Assembly (NCBI GenBank): GCA_051294375.1
Contig: JBJCIZ010000252.1
Coordinates: forward strand, 1 to 10,231
Origin: Paraspadella gotoi
Taxonomy: Eukaryota; Animalia; Chaetognatha
Direction: 5' to 3'
DNA length: 10,231 nt
Shown: positions 1 to 6,025 of the stretch, piece after piece
How the letters are laid out: every line of letters starts with the position of its first letter
Position numbering within the stretch: position 1 is the first letter of the stretch
Notes under the pieces: generated by a model
Seen by the model: the letters and a program-made list of their open reading frames with translations, nothing else
The model's database searches: none
What the model was told of the DNA's origin: nothing
Position numbers and translations under genes: made by a program

Positions 1-486
1 AAAAGAGAGAGATCTAGACTAGACTAAATATATACATATGGTTACACATTCAGATAGATTCTTGATTTGTTTAAAACAGGGTATCTAATTTTTTTCAAAT
101 TTACCAAGCTTGCTTGTTTAATTTAACAATTCTGTTTAACTAGTTTTTCGGGCATTAATTCCCGCGTGTCGCCAGTCTTAATTAGTTCTTTTAAACAAAC
201 TGAGAGATCAATTTCTGCGTTGTCTTATGTTTCTGGGTGGAGCACTCGAAAAATTTAAGTGTTTTTAATATGAAATAAGAGGAAATTCATGACTTTTGTT
301 TGCTCTGGGATTCTTTACACGGCCCTGAATGCGCAAACTTACGTTACCGCAAGAACCAATCCGAAAGCCATGGCACTTCGTCGAGCCAGCCGCGGTTCAC
401 GAATCAGAGAAGTTGTTGATTTTCGTGTTTATAAATATTATTCGCCCGATTTTTTTTCTTTTTTTTACGAAAATTATAATGGAAAC

Positions 487-569
487 ATAGATTTTACGTT
501 AATGTACTGTACATTTATTGTTATTTTTTCAAAAAATTTGGAGATTTCGTAAAACTGCGGCGTTTTTGT
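487..569 (+). repeat. Direct repeat, copy 1 (partner about 824-896)
   Basis: The exact 25-mer ATTTCGTAAAACTGCGGCGTTTTTG is at 545-569 and 872-896, each preceded by TTTTAC.TTAA..TGTACATTTAT.GTTATTTTTT. Confidence 0.8.
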
Positions 570-823
570 AAAGTCCAGACCACCGTAACTCGAATATTCT
601 TTTATATCGGAGATANNNNNNNNNNTCTCTTTCTCTCTTTCGCGGTCATTCCAGATTCTGCGTTGAAACGGGACTTCTCTAAAATAATAAACGTTTGTGG
701 ATTCTNNNNNNNNNNTTAGTGGTTTCTTCGTGGATTTGTTTATTTGAATATATTGCTTCTTTAATTAATCATTTGATTATTAGTATTTCATTGATTGTTT
801 TGTATGAATATCTATATTACATT

Positions 824-896
824 ATCTATTTTACATTAAATATGTACATTTATAGTTATTTTTTTTTTTAAATTTCGTAAAACTGCGGCGTTTTTG
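824..896 (+). repeat. Direct repeat, copy 2 (partner 487-569)
   Basis: Same exact 25-mer and similar upstream AT-rich block. The copies are separated by two N gaps. Confidence 0.8.
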
Positions 897-1024
897 ACCA
901 GGAGTCACGACTAAGTTACAAACAATTTGCGAGAACCTTCAACTATTTGCCCAAANNNNNNNNNNCTTCGTAATACGAGTACTATAAAGTTATAGTTTCT
1001 ATCTTGAAAATTTTCGATTGTGGA

Positions 1025-1118
1025 TAAACTATTTATAAACTTTACGGCGCCCAAGATCCCGGTCAGTTTCTCTCCCGACGTCTTTTCTCTCTCTGCTAGG
1101 TCGAGGAGGGGTTTCTTT
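1025..1118 (+). repeat. Diverged direct repeat module, copy 1 (partner 2971-3070)
   Basis: Shared colinear blocks TAAACTATTT..ATAAAC.TTACGGCG..GATC.CGGTC..TTCTCTC.CGACG.CTT..GCTAGG..GTTTCTTT. Confidence 0.75.
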
Positions 1119-1143
1119 ACATGTTATCAAAATAATTTTGGCT

Positions 1144-1290
1144 AAATTTTACTTTCGCCGACCGCGGTTTTGGCGTGTTTTAATAAATTATTTAAATATA
1201 CTTATTTAAAAAAAATAAATAAAAATAATTATTTATTTACTTTAATCTTAAACCGTTTTAACCCTGGCTACCCCTAATCCTAAACCACCC
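1144..1290 (+). repeat. Repeat family copy: GC hairpin, AT-rich linker, then CCCTAA-like tract
   Basis: AAATTTT.CTTTCGCCGACC....TTTTGGCGT is also at 5028-5060. The linker (TTATTTAAAAAAAATAAA) and (A)CCCTAA-like tract are also at about 5858-5997. Confidence 0.65.
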
Positions 1291-1359
1291 AGTCAGCATA
1301 TTTTTTTTAATCAATGATTTTAATGGCTTATAAAAAAAGTGCCAAGTTCCAATGTTTTT

Positions 1360-1420
1360 GGCATTCCTGGAGATTAATACGCTCCAGAGGTTTATGTGAA
1401 AATGCAGAACAAGGTTTTAA
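1360..1420 (+). repeat. Dispersed inverted repeat, left copy (partner about 2620-2680)
   Basis: 1360-1389 GGCATTCCTGGAGATTAATACGCTCCAGAG is the exact reverse complement of 2651-2680. Weaker similarity extends about 30 bp inward. Confidence 0.85.
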
Positions 1421-1508
1421 TATGCTTGGGAGGCTAGAGGGGAATAAAGATAAAAAATATTTAGAGAAAACAAAGTTTTAGTTTATACATAAATAATTTT
1501 TTATTGGT

Positions 1509-1554
1509 AAAACAGACATGTTTCGACTCATGTTCAAGTCTTCATCAGCGTTTT
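1509..1554 (-). ncRNA. Minimal type I hammerhead ribozyme, Penelope-like element (PLE) type, core intact
   Basis: Minus strand reads AAAACG-CUGAUGA-A-GACUU-GAACAU-GAGUC-GAAAC-AU-GUC-UGUUUU. It has both conserved boxes (CUGAUGA, GAAA), stem I AAAACG/UGUUUU, stem II GACUU/GAGUC, a very short palindromic stem III (ACAUGU) and a GUC cleavage triplet. The predicted cut is between plus coordinates 1515 and 1514, and AAUAAA follows within a few nt. This matches the known minimal HHRs of PLE pseudo-LTRs. Confidence 0.8.
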
Positions 1555-1578
1555 TAGATTTGATTTTAATTCTGTCCA

Positions 1579-1592
1579 TCTCTCTCTCTCTC
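1579..1592. repeat. (TC)7 microsatellite
   Basis: Seven TC units in the spacer of the 1472-1716 inverted repeat. Confidence 0.9.
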
Positions 1593-1636
1593 AACTAATT
1601 TACTTTTGTATAAAAAATTTATTACTGTCAGATCTA

Positions 1637-1682
1637 AAAACGCTGATGAAGATTTGAACGTGAGTCGAAACATATCTGTTTT
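1637..1682 (+). ncRNA. Degenerate mirror copy of the minimal type I hammerhead
   Basis: Reads AAAACG-CTGATGA-A-GATTT-GAACGT-GAGTC-GAAAC-AT-ATC-TGTTTT. Core boxes are intact, stem II has an extra G-U pair, and GTC->ATC breaks the C15.2-G16.2 pair and the stem III palindrome. Confidence 0.65.
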
Positions 1683-2495
1683 ACCAATAAAAAATTATTG
1701 TATAAACTCAAACTTTTTTTTAACTCAACGAAAAAAAAGGATTATCATAATATAGATAAAAAATAAAATTTGATTTTTTTCGGAAAAAAAATGGTTAATA
1801 ACAATAATAATAATAAAAATGTTAATAAGCTTTATGGGCAAAAAAAATTTTATTTTTTTTTATTCTTATATTAGTATTTGTAGTTTTTTTATTATGTTTG
1901 ATAGATATATATAAAATAAGTTTTTATCATTATTTAATAATTCAGACAAATTTTGTTTTTGTTTTTTGAACCTTTATCAGAGAGAGAGAGAATGGTAATT
2001 TTAATTTTATTATCTCTCTTTCTTTCTCTCAAAATTAATATTGTAATAGATGAAAATATTTTTTATAATTTAAAACGTTGCACTGATAAAGGTTTAAAAA
2101 AAATGTTTGAATTATTAAATTTAATTACAAATAAAAATTATTATTTTATAAATATATTTTTTTATAATTTATTAATATTAAATATTATTTTTAAAAAATT
2201 ATATTTTTATATATTTAAACTAAAAGCTAATTTTTAATTTAACCTTAGTTACCCTTAACTTACCCCTAACCCTAATTTATCTTTAACTTATTTTTAACNN
2301 NNNNNNNNTTTTCTAGTTAACTTAATTATTCTTAATATTTATTATAACCTTAATTTTTACCCTAATATTAATATAACAAAAATAATAAATATTAAAAAAT
2401 CTGAATTCCTTTAATTTTTTTTTTCTAAAAAATTATCCTCTTCAGTTCCTTTTCATTCTTTTTTTTGTTAATTTTTCTCACCTTCTTTTGCACAA

Positions 2496-2571
2496 ATTTT
2501 GTCTGTCATTGCAAAAACTAACTTGACACTGATGAAGGCTGGAATGTACATTTTTCGCTTGAAAATAAAAT
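2496..2571 (+). ncRNA. Candidate type III hammerhead ribozyme (imperfect)
   Basis: Reads ATTTTGT-C-TGTCA-(15 nt loop)-TGACA-CTGATGA-AGGC-(17 nt)-GCTT-GAAA-ATAAAAT. Stem I is TGTCA/TGACA, stem II AGGC/GCTT, stem III ATTTTGT/ATAAAAT, with a GUC triplet at 2501-2503. It needs one extra A in the GAAA box and has an A-U rather than G-C pair at the base of stem II. Confidence 0.35.
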
Positions 2572-2619
2572 CTTTATTCAAAGCAATTTTANNNNNNNNN
2601 NAAATGTTAATTTTTTTAA

Positions 2620-2680
2620 AAAAAACATTGCTCTTCGTTTTCCCATAGATCTCTGGAGCGTATTAATCTCCAGGAATGCC
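2620..2680 (-). repeat. Dispersed inverted repeat, right copy (partner 1360-1420)
   Basis: 2651-2680 CTCTGGAGCGTATTAATCTCCAGGAATGCC, with an internal hairpin CTGGAG-9nt-CTCCAG. Confidence 0.85.
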
Positions 2681-2857
2681 GTCCAGACGACTATGAAATT
2701 GGTACAACCAATCTGTAACTCAGTTGCTCTTGACTTTTGGCTCATCGGGATTCGGCGTTTGACGAAGACTCTTTGGTCCCATAATTGTTTATACGTCTCC
2801 ATCGTCTCCCGTATTTTTTGTGTATTTAATTTCATGATTAATTGTAACTGTTTTTGA

Positions 2858-2923
2858 TTCATAGTCATTATTACTTTTATTAATTTGTGGTAGTATTTCT
2901 TTATTCTGTTTGAATATCTATAT
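2858..2923 (+). repeat. Diverged repeat module also present at 3797-3853 and partly at 781-817
   Basis: TTCATAG..TTTTATTAATT.GT.GTAGTATTT..CTGTTTGAAT is shared with 3797-3853. TAGTATTTC.TT..TGAATATCTATAT is shared with 781-817. Confidence 0.6.
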
Positions 2924-2970
2924 GCTTTATTTTAATAAGGTACCTAATTAAATATCAACAAAACGCCAAG

Positions 2971-3070
2971 TAAACTATTTAAATAAACATTACGGCGTCT
3001 GTGATCACGGTCTTCAGCATTCTCTCGCGACGGCTTCTACCTTTCCGCTAGGACTCGAAGCGTTTCTTTT
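2971..3070 (+). repeat. Diverged direct repeat module, copy 2 (partner 1025-1118)
   Basis: Same colinear blocks as 1025-1118 with small indels. Confidence 0.75.
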
Positions 3071-3223
3071 CACCTTCCGAGTCTGTTCGCCGTTTCAAAA
3101 CAGGTTGATTTGCAAGTGATTTAAAAGTTAATTATCTGGTTGACGAAATGTGATAATATCGCACGTATGAACCTTAGATAGATTTAATTAACAGAAAAAA
3201 CCCATTCGGGAAACTAGTACATT

Positions 3224-3782
3224 GAACCATCAGGGGAGACCTAAGAAATAAGACTGTTGGATCAGGCTTAAGCTTATTCTGGCAGAAAATCTGTAAAAAT
3301 ATTATGAATTATATTTGGTAAAAAATTAAATCTTAGAGGTTATTTAAAGCAATAATAACTAATAATAGTAAAGATGTTTAAATTTATTTTAATTTATTTC
3401 ATTTGTCCTTATTTAGTTTAATTACAAAAACGCTTTAAACCATTTGATTTTATTTCTTACAAGCAGGAGTAGAGATGACTTAATGCTAATAAATTATATT
3501 GATTAATTTTGTACAATTATAAGAATAAATGATTATAAAAGAAATAAATAATAAAGAAATATAAAAAATATTACTTGTAAGTCTATTATCTTGTGAATGA
3601 ATCATCTGAAAGGTCTTGAAAAATGCATCAGGATTTTACTTCCTTGCCTTAAATACAAAAAATTTTTAAAATTTATTTTTCTTTAAAACTTTAAATTTTT
3701 TTATATTATTTTTTTTCAAAAACGTGCTTTTAAAAATTAAAAACCACTTTAGGGCATGTACGAAGGTCTCCCCTGATAGTTC
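3224..3782. mobile_element. MITE-like non-autonomous element with terminal inverted repeats
   Basis: GAACCATCAGGGGAGACCT (3224-3242) and AGGTCTCCCCTGATAGTTC (3764-3782) are inverted repeats (18/19), weakly extendable to AAACTA (3211) / TAGTTT (3792). They enclose about 520 bp of very AT-rich noncoding DNA. No clear TSD; superfamily not assignable. Confidence 0.55.
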
Positions 3783-4078
3783 CAAGTAGTTTGTGTTTCA
3801 TAGCGATTCCTTTTATTAATTAGTAGTAGTATTTATTAACTGTCTGTTTGAATTTAGAATTTGCTCTAACGACCACTGTCTCTCATAGTCACTGCCTCCG
3901 ACCCCGACAACGCGCGAATCTCGCCACCAAAGTTGACGGCGTCTTTTTCTCCGTCGCTATCTTTGTTCCATTATTACGCGTCGCTGCCGTCGCCTTTTCC
4001 TGGGACTTGGGGGTGCGACGCTCGTTCTCCCGCCGAGGATACTTTATGGGCAACGCTCGACGATCGGGCTCTCTCCTT

Positions 4079-4099
4079 GCCGCCGCCGCCGCCGCCGCC
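4079..4099. repeat. (GCC)7 microsatellite
   Basis: Seven perfect GCC units. They explain the poly-Ala and poly-Pro runs in the overlapping ORFs. Confidence 0.95.
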
Positions 4100-4208
4100 A
4101 CGACCGCCTTCCCAAGACCGACTATCACTACGAACTACGCCAAAGGCTTCGCCGCCACCAACATATTTTACAAAAGTTTCTTATTTTTTTCTGACGAATC
4201 CGAATCTG

Positions 4209-4317
4209 TTATTACGAAAGTTTTTAATGATGATGAAGACTCGAAAAACAAGAGTCGAAACATGTCCAATACTCTGTAATAAAAATCGTTGTAAAAAATA
4301 CTAAAAACCTTCGTTTT
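4209..4317 (+). mobile_element. Tiny Penelope-like pLTR remnant with subterminal inverted repeats and possible 8-bp target site duplication
   Basis: CGAATCTG occurs directly repeated at 4201-4208 and 4318-4325. ACGAAAGTTTTTA (4214-4226) and TAAAAACCTTCGT (4302-4314) are inverted repeats (12/13). The HHR motif and AATAAA lie between them. Confidence 0.55.
4225..4271 (+). ncRNA. Third minimal hammerhead-like motif with C3->A core change (probably inactive)
   Basis: Reads TAATG-ATGATGA-A-GACTC-GAAAAACAA-GAGTC-GAAAC-AT-GTC-CAATA. Stem II GACTC/GAGTC is perfect, GAAACATGTC is intact, stem I TAATG/CAATA has one mismatch, and AATAAA lies at 4278-4283. Confidence 0.65.
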
Positions 4318-5027
4318 CGAATCTGCTGAACAAATCATTTTGAAATTTATTGTAATTTTAATTTGAAGTTTATAAGGATATTACTACAAAGAAATATAAT
4401 TTTTTTAAAAGCAAAGATTTTCTTGAATTACTTATACGGAGGCAGCAAAAATTATTGTTAACTTGCTTAATCTTTTCATCTCTCCACCCTATTGTGCAAG
4501 AGCAAATAATTTTTTGTGATTAAAACATTAATTTTTGTTTTAGTTCTGACAAGTTGCTATTTTTACATAATGTTACTTTGACATCATTTTTGTAAGGAAT
4601 AATATTTTTTCCAAATATAAAATTTGCATTGAAGTGATCGAAAGGAGGGAGGGTCGCCGTGCCTCTGAGGTTGTGAATTGCCCCCACACTTAACGTGCCC
4701 ACTGCCCAGTGGTTCTGTAAGACTTTTCTGTCAGTTTGTTTTGCTTTCCGGAACTTCAGATCTGGCGGTAGGCGGTGGTTTAACCAGCCCGTCACTCTTT
4801 TGCAAAGACAGTACTGACCAGGGCTACTACCCAGGACCGTTGGGTTTAGAAATGGAACGTTACCCCAGTGCGCAATTATGGCTATAATTGTGCTGATCAC
4901 GGAACGGTCGTATCTAATGGGTAGTGATAGTACGTCACTTAAGAATATTTATTATGTCCATAGTGATTACTCTCATTCGTCATTATCATGCAGAGCGTTA
5001 ATTTTGAGCGTTAATATAGACGAGATA

Positions 5028-5083
5028 AAATTTTGCTTTCGCCGACCTGTATTTTGGCGTTTTTTGAAAAACCACTTAAAAAA
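5028..5083 (+). repeat. Partial copy of the hairpin/CCCTAA repeat family
   Basis: AAATTTTGCTTTCGCCGACCTGTATTTTGGCGTTTTTTGAAAAACCACTTAAAAA: the left half matches 1144-1180 and the right half matches 5873-5893. Confidence 0.65.
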
Positions 5084-5634
5084 GTATCCATTCATTTAGT
5101 AAGGCATCTTGCCCCAGACTTTCGACAAGCTATTTTGGCTTAAGGCCTGCTACTTCAAAAGTTTTTGACAATTTTAACTTAAAATTTTAAAAGATGAAAT
5201 ATAAGCCAGAATAAAGAAAACATTAACCTTTAAAAAGACTACAGTTATTCAAAATGACCGGTCTCATGATTTCACCAGGCAAAAGAGAGGCAAGGAATAA
5301 TATTTTGACATAACATAACGGAAGTTTGCGGCGCCTCTGCGGAGCTTAGGCAAGCCCCGGTTGCTTCGTCAGCCATCCAGTCTTTTTGGGGCAGGAGCTC
5401 CCGAGTCCTCAGGCGCCGGATCGACTGCTGAGTGGGTTGCGTTCCAACGATTGCTCCCACTGAACTCGACCAGGGGCGACGCCGGCGGCCGTAGGAGCCT
5501 GGACGGTGCCAACGCCGGGCGAGGTTGGGGCAGAAGAGTGTCCGCGTCCAACGGTTTTTTTTATAAGACAAGTAANNNNNNNNNNGGTAAGAAACTAATT
5601 GAAAACACTAAACAATAGAAGAAGNNNNNNNNNN

Positions 5635-5693
5635 TTAAAGGTCAGTATTTTGACCTTGTTTAAATGTCAGTTATGACTTGGTTAAGGTCAGTC
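5635..5693. repeat. Short degenerate tandem repeat with palindromic AAGGTCA/TGACCTT units
   Basis: Three units: TTAAAGGTCAGTATTTTGACCTTGT, TTAAATGTCAGTTATGACTTGG and TTAAGGTCAGTC. They start directly at an N gap. Confidence 0.55.
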
Positions 5694-5857
5694 ATTATTG
5701 TTGTTGTCGCCACAATGTGTACCTTGCATTAAAGTAATAGATTCATTTATTAATTAGGACTAAAGAGCTAACTGGTAGTAATAAATGCGGTGAATGATCA
5801 AAGGGGTGCCACGTTAGTCTTCGTCATCCAATTGTAAACCAATTTGGGATATTTTTT

Positions 5858-5997
5858 TTTCTCTGACCGGGGTTTTGAAAAATTACTTAAAAATATTTAT
5901 TTAAAAAAAATAAAATGATTACTTAATTACCTTAACCCTAAACCCTAAATTACCCCTGAGACACTATTAACTCTAACCCCTAACCCGCTTAACCCCC
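5858..5997 (+). repeat. Copy of the hairpin/CCCTAA repeat family with degenerate telomere-like tract
   Basis: GACCGGGGTTTTGAAAAATTACTTAAAAA, then an AT linker, then CCTTAACCCTAAACCCTAA..CTCTAACCCCTAACCC. A similar tract occurs at about 2241-2298. Confidence 0.6.
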
Positions 5998-6025
5998 AAT
6001 TGGTATTAAATTATCATCCAATCAC

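Larger units (their letters stand above)
1472..1716. mobile_element. Inverted pair of Penelope-like pseudo-LTR fragments (arms 1472-1563 and 1628-1716, 64-bp spacer)
   Basis: The arms are reverse complements differing by 5 substitutions and one 3-nt indel (manual alignment). Each carries HHR + AATAAA + A-rich tail pointing outward. Inverted partial pLTRs are a known outcome of Penelope insertion. No RT or GIY-YIG coding sequence is seen. Confidence 0.65.
616..5634. other. Seven 10-N assembly gaps (616-625, 706-715, 956-965, 2299-2308, 2592-2601, 5576-5585, 5625-5634)
   Basis: Directly visible. The fixed 10-N length suggests placeholders, so distances across them are unreliable. Confidence 0.95.

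Noticed and set aside
545-896. Exact 25-bp direct repeats as a CRISPR array
   Set aside because: Only two copies over 300 bp apart with homologous flanks, no regular spacers and no cas genes.
1578-1595. ATCTCTCTCTCTCTCAAC in the inverted-repeat spacer as a missed SMRTbell adapter causing a false palindrome
   Set aside because: The rest of the adapter is absent, the spacer is asymmetric, and the arms are only about 90 bp and differ mostly by transitions, which fits biological decay.
1979-2030. GA-rich / TC-rich inverted pair
   Set aside because: Low-complexity dinucleotide complementarity, expected by chance.
4191-4220. CTGACGA..GAAA upstream of the third HHR
   Set aside because: The intervening sequence cannot form stem II.
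5930-5997. CCCTAA tracts as a true telomere
   Set aside because: They are short, degenerate, interstitial, and embedded in a dispersed repeat at three places.
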